Positions 49,083 to 60,834 of a DNA stretch of 64,000 nucleotides are shown here, piece by piece; positions within the stretch are counted from its first letter, which is position 1; every line of letters begins with the position of its first letter. A program made the position numbers and the translations under genes. The stretch comes from Chloroflexota bacterium (GTDB lineage Bacteria > Chloroflexota > Limnocylindria > Limnocylindrales > CSP1-4). The stretch lies in contig JADDQH010000002.1 in NCBI GenBank assembly GCA_016781485.1, forward strand, positions 4,783 through 68,782, written 5' to 3'. Below the pieces are notes generated by a model. The model saw nothing but the letters and a program-made list of their open reading frames with translations, searched no databases and was not told the origin of the DNA.

Positions 49083-49219
49083 TCCAGCCGCGTCGAGCGG
49101 ATGACGGCCGCGGTCCCGGTGCGCGTCGCGTCGCGGTGACGCGATGAACCGCGACGGGGCCGACGGCACGGCGTGCTCGTCCGCGCGGAGCCGGCACCCC
49201 GGATAGATCACGGTAGCTC

Positions 49220-49864
49220 GTGAACATGGCGAACGAGCTGGAGACCTCGGGTTTCGCGGAATTCGACCGGTTCGGCCTCGTCTTCCGGCGCGCCCGGGCG
49301 CTCCTGGACGCGCTGCTCGTTACGGGCGACCTTCCCGACGGCGGCACGGAGGTGCTGGCGACCGAGACGCTTCCCCACATCGAAGACGTCGAGGCCGGGT
49401 TTCGAGCGTGGCTTCGGGCGGGCGGGAACGACCTCGCTGAGCTTCGACACCTCGTGCTCCACGGCGGGCTGGGGATGCCCGATCCGCGAGACGCCGGCGA
49501 GGCGAGGGCTGCTCTCGTCGAGGCGATGCAGGCGATATCGGGTGCCGGCGGCGATCGAGCGATCCGACCTGCCCCCGTGCGGCGGCTTGCGGCGCTCGAG
49601 CACGCACGCCTCGTGTTCGCCTTGCTGCCCTCGACGCCAGCCGAAGAGGTCCACTACCCGGCGGGGCTTCGAACGTATGCCGATATCGTCCCGCCCCGGA
49701 CTCCCGGAGAGCTCTCGATGCGGATCGAGGAGCTCGAACGCGAGCTCTGGTGGGTGGCGAGCGGACGGGCGCCTCGAGCGGGAGACGCGGCCTATCGCAG
49801 GACCTACGGCTTCTTCGACGCCGCGGAGCGACTCTCGACGCAGGGCCTGCGCTCTACGGATTGA
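49220..49864 (+). CDS. Hypothetical protein
   Basis: 214-aa ORF with coding-like composition. I do not recognise the family. Confidence 0.5.
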   Translation: MNMANELETSGFAEFDRFGLVFRRARALLDALLVTGDLPDGGTEVLATETLPHIEDVEAGFRAWLRAGGNDLAELRHLVLHGGLGMPDPRDAGEARAALVEAMQAISGAGGDRAIRPAPVRRLAALEHARLVFALLPSTPAEEVHYPAGLRTYADIVPPRTPGELSMRIEELERELWWVASGRAPRAGDAAYRRTYGFFDAAERLSTQGLRSTD

Positions 49865-50138
49865 CGCGGCCCGCGCCGGCGTGTCCGCTCTGACCGCGCA
49901 TGCTCGTCAGCTGCAAGGGGACTGATAGTGGACTCGCGGAGCGACGCGGTGGGAAGCACTGGCGCGCTGATATCCTGACGCGGTTCGCCGTCCGCGGAGT
50001 GCAGACGGCGACTCGGGGAAGCGCGCGTGCGCGGATGCGCATGAGCGGACGACCATCACCGATCAGCGAACCGGTCAGCGTCGCCGTCACGGTCAGGACG
50101 ACCGGACCGCGTCGACACGCGCCCTGTGAGAGGAAGAC

Positions 50139-51167
50139 TTGACGAACGACCCTGAGCGCACCCCGTCCGACCCGACCTCGAACGCGCCGGCGGCGAGCGA
50201 TGCGGACGGCACGGGGGGACAGAGGACCACAGCGACGCGCCCGACGTCCACGTCCGCCGGGCGGACCGCGACAGCTGGTGCCGAGGGACCGCCGCGGCAG
50301 GAGCCGGCGCGCGAAGAGCAGCGGGAGCCGGGAGCACCGAAACCCGACGCGCCACCGCGGCCAGGGTTCCGAGAGCAATGGGGGAGGACGCGCAGCGCGG
50401 CGGGCTCCCTCGTAGGAGCGCACGTCGACCTGCTCAAAGCCGAGCTGAGCGAGATCTTCGCGCAGCTCAAGACTCTGAGCGTGCTCGGCGGGCTCGTGCT
50501 GGCGTTGGGTCTTTTCCTCGCCAACCTCGTCTTGATCGGCACGGCGCTGTTCCTCGGCGAGTGGCTCTTCGGTTCACTCGGCTGGGGCGTCCTTCACGGG
50601 ACGCTGCTCATCACGGGCGTGCTCACCGCGCTCGTGCTCGTGATCCTGGGGGCGCGTGCGGGCCGTCTGGCTTTCGCCTTTCTCATCTCCGCGCTCCTCG
50701 GCGTGCTCGTTGCGATCCTGCTGGGCACGAATGTCGTGCGCCGCGGCGCCGAGCTCGTCGCAGCTCAGGTCGCCCCGTCGCTCGCGCTCGACCCCGCTGT
50801 GCTGCCGACGCTGACGACCGTCGTGATCGGCGCCGTGCTCGTCGGCGTGGTCGGGCTGGTGCTCGGCGCGCGCGGCGGTGGCTTCAAGGGTGCCGTCGCC
50901 GGCCTTGTAGGTGGTGTCGTCCTCGGCGCCCTCATCGGCTGGGTTGTCGGGCTCGAGCAGCCGTGGCACGTCGCGGCCGCACTCGGCGTGACCGTCGCGT
51001 TCCTGCTGTGGCCGGTCCTCCAATACCTGATGGCACGAGGGATGATCGCTCCGCGAGAGCGGTTCGGTCGTCTCGTGCCGCGGGAGACGTATGAAGCGGC
51101 CCTGGAGACCAGGGTCTGGTTGGGAGAACGATGGGCGGACCGACGCAAGACGCTCGCGCGAAGGTAG
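50139..51167 (+). CDS. Membrane protein with a disordered N-terminus and a Holin-X/DUF1469-like hydrophobic core
   Basis: TTG start. The first ~90 aa are rich in Pro, Thr and Ala. HVDLLKAELSEIFAQLK follows, and then several TM spans. Confidence 0.6.
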   Translation: MTNDPERTPSDPTSNAPAASDADGTGGQRTTATRPTSTSAGRTATAGAEGPPRQEPAREEQREPGAPKPDAPPRPGFREQWGRTRSAAGSLVGAHVDLLKAELSEIFAQLKTLSVLGGLVLALGLFLANLVLIGTALFLGEWLFGSLGWGVLHGTLLITGVLTALVLVILGARAGRLAFAFLISALLGVLVAILLGTNVVRRGAELVAAQVAPSLALDPAVLPTLTTVVIGAVLVGVVGLVLGARGGGFKGAVAGLVGGVVLGALIGWVVGLEQPWHVAAALGVTVAFLLWPVLQYLMARGMIAPRERFGRLVPRETYEAALETRVWLGERWADRRKTLARR

Positions 51168-51763
51168 TCCGGGCCCGACAGGGCTTCGGCGAAGAGGTGG
51201 AAGAGCTGGCGCTGGCCACTCGCTCCGCCGTAGACATCCCGGCCAAGGTCCGGCGCCACCCGGTGCAGACGACGGCCCTTGCCGGCGGGATCGTGTTCCT
51301 CGCCGCGAACGGTCCCAAACGGATCGTCCGGGCGGTAGAGCGACGGGTACGCCCTCGGCCTACCGATCGCTTCAAGGGTGTCTTCCCCAAGGAGATCGAG
51401 AAGGCACTCGATCGGCTGGGTGACGAGGGGATGGACGTTCGGGACCGGATCGAGACGGAGTTCGCCGACTGGTTGAGCAAGCGCAGCAGTCGCGGCGCGC
51501 CAGCGAACGCGCGGCAGAGCTTCTGGAAGACGTATGACGTGGTCATCGGGCCACTCGCGAGACTCGGGGTCAAGCGGCTGCTCGACCGATTCGCCGCCGC
51601 CGAGCCGGACCGGCCGTCGGTGAAGCGGCCGGAGGAGGCCCCGGATTGGCGGTACGTGACCGACGCCGACACCCCATTCCCGACCGGCCCTCGTCGCAGC
51701 GCCCCGCCGACGCAGCAGGCGCGGCCTGGGGCGGCTGCGGAGCGCGAGGGTCGCGGGCGCTAG
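51131..51763 (+). CDS. Hypothetical protein (one predicted TM; DUF3618-like context)
   Basis: 210-aa ORF overlapping the previous gene by 37 nt. The family call is tentative. Confidence 0.5.
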   Translation: MGGPTQDARAKVVRARQGFGEEVEELALATRSAVDIPAKVRRHPVQTTALAGGIVFLAANGPKRIVRAVERRVRPRPTDRFKGVFPKEIEKALDRLGDEGMDVRDRIETEFADWLSKRSSRGAPANARQSFWKTYDVVIGPLARLGVKRLLDRFAAAEPDRPSVKRPEEAPDWRYVTDADTPFPTGPRRSAPPTQQARPGAAAEREGRGR

Positions 51764-51780
51764 ATCCGGCGCCGCCGCCA

Positions 51781-51866
51781 GCGGAAGTGGTGGAACGGCA
51801 GACACGCAAGTCTTAGGAACTTGTGCCCGAAAGGGCGTGGGGGTTCGAGTCCCCCCTTCCGCACCA
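51781..51866 (+). tRNA. tRNA-Leu (anticodon TAG), with CCA encoded
   Basis: Folded by hand. The acceptor stem is GCGGAAG/CTTCCGC. The anticodon stem is CAAGT/ACTTG with loop CTTAGGA. The long variable arm is TGCCCGAAAGGGCGT. The T arm is GGGGG-TTCGAGT-CCCCC. The discriminator is A, followed by CCA. Confidence 0.9.
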
Positions 51867-51980
51867 GGTCCCGGCGACGCGGGCGGTCGGGTCGTCGCCC
51901 CCCGCGGCTGATCGCTTCGATGCCGGACAAGGCGCGGCGTCGGTCGAGGCCGCCGCTGCCCGCCCTATACTTTCCCGGCG

Positions 51981-53417
51981 ATGAAGTTCAGCACGACGCC
52001 CGCCGGGCGCAGTACCGTCATGCTCGAGGTGGAGCTCCCTCCCGAGAGGCTCCAGCGCTCGATCGACGAGTCGGTCCGCCATCTCGGACAGCGGACCCGG
52101 ATCCCGGGGTTCCGGCCCGGGAAGATCCCGCGGCCGATGCTCGAGCGTGCCTTGGGGGTCCGCCGCGACGACCCGTCCGCGCCGAACCCGATCCATGACG
52201 ACGCCAAGGAGCACCTGTTCGAAGCCTCGGTCCTGGAGGCGCTCCAGCAGGCGGACCTCGATGTGCTCTCGATCTCCCAGCCGGAGTGGCTGTCCTTCGT
52301 CGAGGGGCAGGGTGCGAGATACCGCGTCACGCTGCCGGTACGGCCGGAGGTGAGACTGGGGGCGTACACGGACTACCCGTTCGGGATCCAGGTCGAGCCG
52401 GTCGATGATGCGAAGGTCGACCAGGTCATCGAGCAGCTCCGAGACCAGCAGGCGAGCCTCGTGCCGGTCGAGGGACGCGGGGCGGAGAAGGGCGACTACG
52501 CCGTGGTCCGCTTCGAGGGGCGTCGCGACGGCGAGCCGTTCGAGGGCGGTTCCGCGGACCGCTTCCCGCTCGTGATCGGCGCGGAGCGGATGATCCCAGG
52601 CTTCGAGGATCAGGTGATCGGGCTCGAGGAAGGCCAGAGCAAGACCTTCCACATCACGTTCCCGGACGACTACCCGGACGAGTCACTGGCCGGGAGGGAC
52701 GTGGAGTTCGACGTGACCCTGCTCGAGCTGCGTCACAAGCAGCTGCCGGAGCTCGACGACGATCTCGCAGGGGCGGTGGGGGAGTACGCTGATCTCGCCG
52801 CGCTCCGTGCCGAGATCCGGCGACGGCTCGAGGTGAACGCCCGCGACGACGCGCGGCACGCGTTCGCGGACCGGATCATCGAGTTCGCCGTCGCCAACGC
52901 AACGGTCGAGATCCCCGACCTGCTCATCGACCGCGAGGTCGAGGTGATGCACGACGAGCTGAAGGCGCGCCTCGCCGACCAGGGGATCGGCTACGAGGAG
53001 TACCTCCGGGTGACGCAGAAGGACGAGGCCGGGCTGCTCGCGGAGTATCGCGAGCCGGCCGAGCACCGTGTCAAGACGCTGCTCGTGCTGTCCGAGATCG
53101 CCGACGCCGAGGGGATCGAGGTCAGCGACGATGCCGTCGAGGCCGAGATCGAACGGGCGCGGACGCGGTACACGGAGAACCCGAAGCTGGTGTCCTATTT
53201 CGACTCGCCGCGCGGCCGCCAGTACATCCGATCGACCCTTCGGCGGACGAGGACGGTCGAGACGCTCGTCGATCGCTGGCTCGCAGCGCATCCCGAGGTT
53301 GGGCCGGTCACGCACCTCGAGGGAGAGGCCGGCGGCCGAACGGGCTCGGTCGTCCCGTCCGACGCCGGCGCGACGACGGCTTCCAGGGAACCCGAAACGG
53401 AGGAGAGCATCACGTGA
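51981..53417 (+). CDS. tig: Trigger factor
   Basis: Ribosome-binding signature ([12 protein letters not shown]), a PPIase middle part (IPGFEDQ) and position immediately upstream of clpP-clpX. Confidence 0.9.
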   Translation: MKFSTTPAGRSTVMLEVELPPERLQRSIDESVRHLGQRTRIPGFRPGKIPRPMLERALGVRRDDPSAPNPIHDDAKEHLFEASVLEALQQADLDVLSISQPEWLSFVEGQGARYRVTLPVRPEVRLGAYTDYPFGIQVEPVDDAKVDQVIEQLRDQQASLVPVEGRGAEKGDYAVVRFEGRRDGEPFEGGSADRFPLVIGAERMIPGFEDQVIGLEEGQSKTFHITFPDDYPDESLAGRDVEFDVTLLELRHKQLPELDDDLAGAVGEYADLAALRAEIRRRLEVNARDDARHAFADRIIEFAVANATVEIPDLLIDREVEVMHDELKARLADQGIGYEEYLRVTQKDEAGLLAEYREPAEHRVKTLLVLSEIADAEGIEVSDDAVEAEIERARTRYTENPKLVSYFDSPRGRQYIRSTLRRTRTVETLVDRWLAAHPEVGPVTHLEGEAGGRTGSVVPSDAGATTASREPETEESIT

Positions 53418-53539
53418 CGTCCAAGCGCCGGGCGGAGGTCCCCGATCATCGATCCCGGCTTCTGCGCGATCTGGCAGAAGCGAACGGTGTCAGACCGTTC
53501 CCATCCGCCGCCCTTCGCGCTGCTCGCGAGACGCGAGCG

Positions 53540-54220
53540 ATGCTCGTTCCGATGGTCATCGAGAGCTCGAGCCGCGGCGAGCGCGCCTATGACATCTACA
53601 GCCGGCTCCTCCGGGAGCGGATCATCTTCCTCGGCGACGCGATCGAGGACCACATGGCGAACCTCATCATCGCCCAGTTGCTGTTCCTCGAGTCCGAGGA
53701 CCCGGACAAGGACATCAGCCTGTATATCAACTCGCCGGGCGGCGTCGTCACGGCGGGCTTGGCGATCTACGACACGATGCAGTACCTCCGTGCGCCCGTC
53801 AGCACGATCTGCATCGGGATGGCGGCGAGCCAGGCAGCTGTGCTCCTCTCCGCCGGTTCGAAGGGGAAGCGGTACGCGCTCCCGAACTCACGGATCATGA
53901 TCCACCAGGGGAGCGGTGGCTTCCGCGGCAACGCGCCCGATGCTGTGATCCAGATGCGGGAGTGGGAGCACCTCGTGCGCGTGAATCACGAGATCCTGGC
54001 CCGGCACACGGGTCAGCCGCTCGACAAGGTCACTCGCGACACGGAGCGCGACTATTACCTGTCCCCGGAGGAAGCACGGGACTACGGCATCATCGACCAG
54101 GTGTATTCGCCCCAGGATGAGTCGCTCATCAGCCAGGCGAAGCACGAGGGCGGCCTGGGCGGAGAGGGCGCGGCGGTCGCGGCCGGCGAACACATCGAGC
54201 CCGTGACGGACAGCCAGTAG
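53540..54220 (+). CDS. clpP: ATP-dependent Clp protease proteolytic subunit
   Basis: Motifs are [24 protein letters not shown] and the catalytic Ser (GMAASQAA) and His (MIHQ). There is a ~35-aa C-terminal extension. The upstream part of the track ORF (53414-53539) is not conserved-looking. Confidence 0.92.
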   Translation: MLVPMVIESSSRGERAYDIYSRLLRERIIFLGDAIEDHMANLIIAQLLFLESEDPDKDISLYINSPGGVVTAGLAIYDTMQYLRAPVSTICIGMAASQAAVLLSAGSKGKRYALPNSRIMIHQGSGGFRGNAPDAVIQMREWEHLVRVNHEILARHTGQPLDKVTRDTERDYYLSPEEARDYGIIDQVYSPQDESLISQAKHEGGLGGEGAAVAAGEHIEPVTDSQ

Positions 54221-54250
54221 CGAGCGGACGGAGCGGAGAGCAGGCGGCGC

Positions 54251-55549
<1,299 letters not shown>

Positions 55550-55799
55550 CGCAGGCAGGACCGTGACGCGCTCTGCGGGTCGACGTGAGCCCTCCTGATC
55601 TCGGTCCTTGCCCACCGCGGCGACAGGGCGGGAACTGCATCGTCGACGTGCAGAGCGCTACGAGCAGAGGCAGGCGATGCATGCAACGCCGACGTCACGT
55701 TCCCGCGCAGGTCCTGTCTTGCCTGCGTGACAGGCCGCGGTATGCTTCTCGCACAGGGGTGGTGGGCGTGGATACCGCCGCCGAGGCCGAGGTGCTTCC

Positions 55800-56174
55800 A
55801 TGAAGCCCGTAACGGTCAAGATCATCACGTACGCGCCGACCGTCTTCTATCACTGTCAGCACTGCGAGCTGACCTTCCAGGAGATGGGGATCGGCGAGCG
55901 GTTGCGGCGGCAGGAGGCGGCCGAGGCGCTGCCGGAGGACCTCGCGCGCGAGTACCAGCGGCTCTCGGACTGGGTCCGGGACCTGGTCGCGCGGTACGGC
56001 CCCCGGATCCACGTGAGGGTGATCGACGCCGCGTCCATAGAGGGCGTCCTCGACTCCGTGCGTCACCGCGTCTTCCGATACCCCGCGGTCGTCGTCGACG
56101 GCGCCGAGAGGAGCGTGGGCGGCGATCTTCGCGCCGCGGAGCCGGCGATCGAGCGCCGTCTCGCGATGCCCTGA
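55800..56174 (+). CDS. Thioredoxin-fold-like small protein with a CxxC motif
   Basis: 124 aa with YHCQHCE near the N-terminus and a cis-Pro-like motif (YPAVVVDG). It lies upstream of cstA. Confidence 0.55.
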   Translation: MKPVTVKIITYAPTVFYHCQHCELTFQEMGIGERLRRQEAAEALPEDLAREYQRLSDWVRDLVARYGPRIHVRVIDAASIEGVLDSVRHRVFRYPAVVVDGAERSVGGDLRAAEPAIERRLAMP

Positions 56175-56282
56175 GGCCAGGGCAGACGGTGCACGCCGCG
56201 AAAGGAGGTCGCGAGGAGCGGGAGGAGCGGTAGTGAGTCACCACCGAGTCGTCGTGAAGCGACGGAGAAGGAGGGGCTGCGC

Positions 56283-58193
56283 ATGAACATCCCGATGAGC
56301 ACACTCGGAGTCGTCCTCATCGGCGCGGTCGTCATCTATCTGGGCTACAACTACTACGCGCGCCGCATCGATCGGACGATCATGCAGGCGGACGCGACCC
56401 GCGCGACACCCGCCAGGATGTACATGGACGGCGCCGACTTCATGCCCACCAGTCGGTTCGTCCTCTACGGGTACCACTTCAAGTCGATCGCCGCCGCGGG
56501 CCCGATCGTCGGTGTCATCACCGCCGCGAACCTGTGGGGGTGGCTGCCCTCGATCATCTGGCTGATGGTCGGCGTCACCTTCATCGGCTGGGTAAGCGAC
56601 TACAGCGCGATCATGATGGCGGTCCGCAACGACGGGAACTCGCTGAGCGCGATCGCCCATCGACTCGTCTCGCCTCGCACGCGGCGGATCCTGTTCGTCT
56701 TCATCTTCTTCTACCTGCTCCTGATCGGCGGCGCGTTCGTCGGGATCATGGCGGCGATCCTCGCCGCACGGCCCGACGTCCCGTTCGGGATCCTCGTGCT
56801 CGCGATCATGGGCCTGCTCGCGGGCTACCTCATCTATCGGCGCCGCGTGAGCATCGTCGGCGTCACTGTCCTCACCGTCGTGCTGACGGTCGCCGCGATG
56901 GCGCTCGGGCCGCTCGGCGCCGACTTCTCGAGGGGAGCGGCGGGTCTCTCGGCTGGGCCGATCGCGGGGACCGTCGCGGGCATCAACGGCGCGGTCAACT
57001 CGATCAGCGGGCCCACGGGGCTGTACCAGGTCGTCGACCCGACGAACGCCGATCCGCGGATCCCGCCGCCGGACGCGCAGACGAAGCAGCGCCCGACGAC
57101 GCCGACCTATAACGCGGAGACGGGGGCCATCAACGTCCTGCCGAGCTTCCTGTTCTGGGCGATCCTGCTGCTCGTCTTCAGCTACCTTGGCACCAACCTT
57201 GCCATCTGGCGCTTCGCGCAGCCGGTGAACTACATCGGCTTCTGGATCACGGCACTGACCATCGGTGTGAGCGCGATCGGCGCGATCCTCGCTCCGTTCA
57301 TCCGACCGGAAGTCGCCGGGTTCAAGATCCCGACCTTCACCTCATTCGCCCCCGCGCAGGCCACCGGCGCGATCCAGTGGCTGTGGCCGATGCTGTTCGT
57401 CACGATCGCCTGCGGCGCGATCTCCGGCTGGCACGCGCTGTTCGGCTCGGTCGGCACCGCGCGCCAGCTGGAGTACGAGACCGACGCGCTCCCTGTCGGC
57501 GGCGGCGGGATGTTCTCGGAGAACACACTCGGGCTGCTGTCGCTGACCGCGGTCGCGGTCGCGGGGGGTGCCGGGGCGGGGGCGTTCGCGGCAGGGGTCG
57601 GCACGCTCCTCAATGTGGCCACACTCGGGCTCCTGCCGACCGGCTACGGCACGGCGCTCGGCTTCGGTGCCTTCGTGGTCATCGTGCTCACGGTCGTCCA
57701 GCTCGTCTTCCGGGTGATGCGGGTGACACTGGGCGAGTGGCTGGGCGATGCCTGGGTCGGCTTCAAGAACCAGCACGTGGCGACGATCGTCTCTTCGGTC
57801 GCGGTCCTGTTCCTCGTGCTCTCGGGGACGTGGGTCTACCTGTGGCAGCTGTTCGGCGCTTCCAATCAGCTGATGGCGGCGCTCAGCCTGCTGCTGGTGA
57901 CACTTTGGCTCGCGTCGACGGGGCGGAACGTGGCGTTCGCGGGGATCCCGATGGTGTTCATGTACGTCACGACGATCGCCGCGTCGCTCGTCACTGCGTA
58001 CAACCTCTACGCGACGATCGCGACGCGGCCGACCTCGAACGTGATCCAGATCATCGGCGCCTGGGGGATGATCGCTGTCGCCCTGCTCCTCGTGGCGGCG
58101 GCGCTCCTCATCGCGTGGGACGCGTGGCGAGCGTGGAACCGCTATCGAGCTGCACCCGCGCAGCCGGCTCCCGCTCCGACAGCCGCCAGCTAG
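56283..58193 (+). CDS. cstA: Carbon starvation protein A (peptide/pyruvate transporter family)
   Basis: 636 aa and polytopic, with YHFKSIAAAGPIVGVITAANLWGWLPS. Confidence 0.9.
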   Translation: MNIPMSTLGVVLIGAVVIYLGYNYYARRIDRTIMQADATRATPARMYMDGADFMPTSRFVLYGYHFKSIAAAGPIVGVITAANLWGWLPSIIWLMVGVTFIGWVSDYSAIMMAVRNDGNSLSAIAHRLVSPRTRRILFVFIFFYLLLIGGAFVGIMAAILAARPDVPFGILVLAIMGLLAGYLIYRRRVSIVGVTVLTVVLTVAAMALGPLGADFSRGAAGLSAGPIAGTVAGINGAVNSISGPTGLYQVVDPTNADPRIPPPDAQTKQRPTTPTYNAETGAINVLPSFLFWAILLLVFSYLGTNLAIWRFAQPVNYIGFWITALTIGVSAIGAILAPFIRPEVAGFKIPTFTSFAPAQATGAIQWLWPMLFVTIACGAISGWHALFGSVGTARQLEYETDALPVGGGGMFSENTLGLLSLTAVAVAGGAGAGAFAAGVGTLLNVATLGLLPTGYGTALGFGAFVVIVLTVVQLVFRVMRVTLGEWLGDAWVGFKNQHVATIVSSVAVLFLVLSGTWVYLWQLFGASNQLMAALSLLLVTLWLASTGRNVAFAGIPMVFMYVTTIAASLVTAYNLYATIATRPTSNVIQIIGAWGMIAVALLLVAAALLIAWDAWRAWNRYRAAPAQPAPAPTAAS

Positions 58194-58260
58194 TGACCTC
58201 GTGTAGGCGGAGTTGGAGCGCCGCGGCGAGGCCCTTCGACGCTTGCATCGGCGGGCCTCG

Positions 58261-58926
58261 CTAGGTCTCCCGGCTCAGTTCGCGCCCGAGGTCGCGGATC
58301 GACCGGAAGAGCGTTTCGGAACTTTGCGTGAACGCCGACGGCGGCAGCAGGTGGATCTCGAGGTGGGGCACCGTCGGCTGGATCGAAAGCCGCCACACGC
58401 CGCCGGTGGCCGAGGCGAGACGCTGCCACGCTCGCCTCGGTCCCGCGACGTCCGGACCCCCGGTGTGGAGCGCGCGGACCCCTGGGTCTCCCCAGTCCAC
58501 CTCCGCCCATGCGCCTCCATCGCCTGCTCGATCGAGCCCGTCCCGCCCGGTCCACGCCTCCGAGTCGGCCGCCTCGAGCCCGAAGCGCGGCGGGCGACGG
58601 AGACTCGCTCTGACGATGACGAAGTCGCGCCGACCACGACCCCTCGCGAGGGCCCACAGCCACGGCACATCGCGCGGCTCGAGGACGACGAGGACCTCTG
58701 CCTGTCGGAACGGATCCTCCGGTTCCGTGATGCCGAGCACGACCGCCGAGCTCCCGAGCCAGCGCAGCGTCGCCCGTTTTCCGAGCAGTGGCAATCCAGC
58801 CTGTAGCCAGCGGAGCACCGCGTTGCCCCGCCCGATGTTGCGCTGCGTGCCGAGCGCGAACCAGAGCATCACGACCAGCAGCAGCGCGATCGCAACAGAG
58901 GTCGAAAGCGCGGTGAGGTCAGGCAC
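58261..58926 (-). CDS. Hypothetical N-terminally membrane-anchored protein
   Basis: 221-aa ORF with one N-terminal TM (VAIALLLVVMLWFAL). It is divergent from the small-protein/ArsA module, 62 bp from the ATG I chose at 58989. Confidence 0.5.
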   Translation of the reverse strand: MPDLTALSTSVAIALLLVVMLWFALGTQRNIGRGNAVLRWLQAGLPLLGKRATLRWLGSSAVVLGITEPEDPFRQAEVLVVLEPRDVPWLWALARGRGRRDFVIVRASLRRPPRFGLEAADSEAWTGRDGLDRAGDGGAWAEVDWGDPGVRALHTGGPDVAGPRRAWQRLASATGGVWRLSIQPTVPHLEIHLLPPSAFTQSSETLFRSIRDLGRELSRET

Positions 58927-58988
58927 AGGACGGTGATGGTAGATTGCGGGGAACAGTCGCGAGCAGCATCACGGTGAGCGCGAGCGCG

Positions 58989-59339
58989 ATGCCCAGAGAC
59001 TCATCCGTACCGCCCTCGGTCCCTCCGTCCATCTCGCGACGGACGTCGTCTCGCGGAACGGATGGGCGCGTCGGCGGAGTTCGAGACGCGCTCCGGGAGT
59101 TCTTCCATGGCCTGACCGGATACGAGTTCGCGCGTCACGCGGTCGAGATGCGGGCGTCGCTCGAGACCGTCTTCATGGTCAGTGTCGTCGGCGACATGGT
59201 CGGGTTGCCGATCATGCCGCCCTACTACTCACTTCGTCTGCTGCCGTACGTGGTCCCCGACGTAGCGCTCTGGCGGCGCCGGGTGCTACGCGAACGCGAA
59301 TTCACCGAGCACCACGAGTACCACCTGCATGGGGTGTGA
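58989..59339 (+). CDS. Small protein A of a paralogous pair (core GDMVGLPIMPPYYSLRLLPYVVPDVALWRRRVLRE)
   Basis: In-frame ATG within the 131-aa track ORF; TTG 58944 and GTG 58974 are alternatives. The core is 27/40 identical to the next ORF. Confidence 0.6.
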   Translation: MPRDSSVPPSVPPSISRRTSSRGTDGRVGGVRDALREFFHGLTGYEFARHAVEMRASLETVFMVSVVGDMVGLPIMPPYYSLRLLPYVVPDVALWRRRVLREREFTEHHEYHLHGV

Positions 59340-59366
59340 CCCGGACCCCGGCGGAAGGAGGTAGCC

Positions 59367-59666
59367 ATGCCGGACGAGCCGCGTGATCGCGAGGAACGCC
59401 AGGAGCAGGGTGGCCTGAAGGGGCTGCTCGGCCGGTTCCGGGAGGTCACCTACGGGATGGCCGCCCACGACATGACCCGGTACGCGCTTCGAAGCCGGGC
59501 GAGCATGGAGCACCTGTTCATCCTCACCACGATGGGTGACCTGCTCGGAGTGCCGATCCTGCCGCCCTACTACTCGCTCCGGCTGCTGCCGTACGTGGTG
59601 CCGCAGGTATCGACGTGGAAGCGGCGGATGCTCCGTGAGAAGGACCTCACGGACGCGATGTTCTAG
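59367..59666 (+). CDS. Small protein B of a paralogous pair (core GDLLGVPILPPYYSLRLLPYVVPQVSTWKRRMLRE)
   Basis: 99 aa. A strong Shine-Dalgarno element (GGAAGGAGG) lies 6 nt upstream of the ATG. The stop is 4 nt before the ArsA-like gene. Confidence 0.7.
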   Translation: MPDEPRDREERQEQGGLKGLLGRFREVTYGMAAHDMTRYALRSRASMEHLFILTTMGDLLGVPILPPYYSLRLLPYVVPQVSTWKRRMLREKDLTDAMF

Positions 59667-59670
59667 AACG

Positions 59671-60834
59671 ATGGCCGGACCCACCGCGACGCCACCCCGG
59701 GGTCAGGGCCAGGCGCCGCTATCACTCGCGACCTACGCCGGTTCGCTCGCCGACCTGTTCGAGAAGCACCCGGAGCGCCGGTACGTGATGTTCGGCGGCA
59801 AGGGCGGTCTCGGGAAGACGACGTTCTCGGCGGCGACCGCGTTCTGGCTCGCCGAGCAGGGCAAGAAAGTCCTCGTCTTCTCCGTCGACCCGCAGGCGAG
59901 CCTGTCCGACATCTTCCAGCAGGACATCTTCGGCAAGGGTGCCGTGAAGATCAAGGACAACCTGTGGGCACAGGAGATCGACGCGGACCGGCACATCAAG
60001 GAGTACCAGGAGGAGATCCGCCACAAGATCCGCGACATGTACGGCCTCGACCAGGTCCCCCAGGAGATCGAGGAGTACATCGAGGCGGCCTCGGCCGAGC
60101 CGGCGATGGAGGAAAGCGCGATCTTCGACTCCGTCGTCGACATCGTCGTCGAGGGCGATTACGACTACTACATCTACGACCTGGTCCCACTCGGCCACGC
60201 GCTCTACTACCTGAGCATGGCGAAGGTGTACGACGAGTGGATCTCCAAGATCACGCGACTCCGCGAGGAGATGCGCGAGTACGAGGAAGTCGCCGCCAGG
60301 ATGAGGCGGCAGAAGGAGGTCGAGGAGGATCTGATCCTGGGCGAGCTCCAGTACATCCGGGGCCGGATCAACAGCGCCTCCAGGATCCTGACCGACCGCG
60401 AGCGGACCGCCTTCTTCTTCGTCCTCGTCCCCGAGCAGATGATCCTCATCGACACTCGGAAGGCCGCGGAGCTGTTCGCACGCTTCGACGTCCCGATCGG
60501 CGGGTACGTCGTCAATCGGGTCTTGCCCGAATCGCTCATGAACGAAGATGTGCCCGGATACCTCCGGAACCGGATGGCGATGCAGCGCGGCCAGCTGGAC
60601 GAGATCCGGCGGACGCTCGGCGACGAGGTGCTCGCGTACGTGCCCGAGCTCGAGCGCGACGTGACGGGGCTGGACATGATCGAGCGCGTCGCCCGCCTCC
60701 TCTACGGCCGCGACGGCGCTGCTGCGGCGCCGGTGCAGACGGGAAGGCCGGCGTCGGCGGAACCGCCGGGAGCCGGGGGGCTCGGCGTCGGATCGCCGAC
60801 CGGCACCGCATCACCGTCGGGAGGTGCGTCATGA
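59671..60834 (+). CDS. ArsA/Get3-family ATPase, copy 1
   Basis: Deviant Walker A (FGGKGGLGKTT), DPQASLSDIF (the DPAHS-box position) and YDLVPLGHA (the DTAPTGH-box position). Start taken at MAGPTAT. Confidence 0.85.
   Translation: MAGPTATPPRGQGQAPLSLATYAGSLADLFEKHPERRYVMFGGKGGLGKTTFSAATAFWLAEQGKKVLVFSVDPQASLSDIFQQDIFGKGAVKIKDNLWAQEIDADRHIKEYQEEIRHKIRDMYGLDQVPQEIEEYIEAASAEPAMEESAIFDSVVDIVVEGDYDYYIYDLVPLGHALYYLSMAKVYDEWISKITRLREEMREYEEVAARMRRQKEVEEDLILGELQYIRGRINSASRILTDRERTAFFFVLVPEQMILIDTRKAAELFARFDVPIGGYVVNRVLPESLMNEDVPGYLRNRMAMQRGQLDEIRRTLGDEVLAYVPELERDVTGLDMIERVARLLYGRDGAAAAPVQTGRPASAEPPGAGGLGVGSPTGTASPSGGAS

Noticed and set aside
53414-53539. A 42-codon N-terminal extension of the clpP track ORF that overlaps the tig stop.
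   Set aside because: The extension ([17 protein letters not shown]...) is unlike ClpP N-termini. The conserved ClpP sequence begins at MLVPMVIE (ATG 53540).
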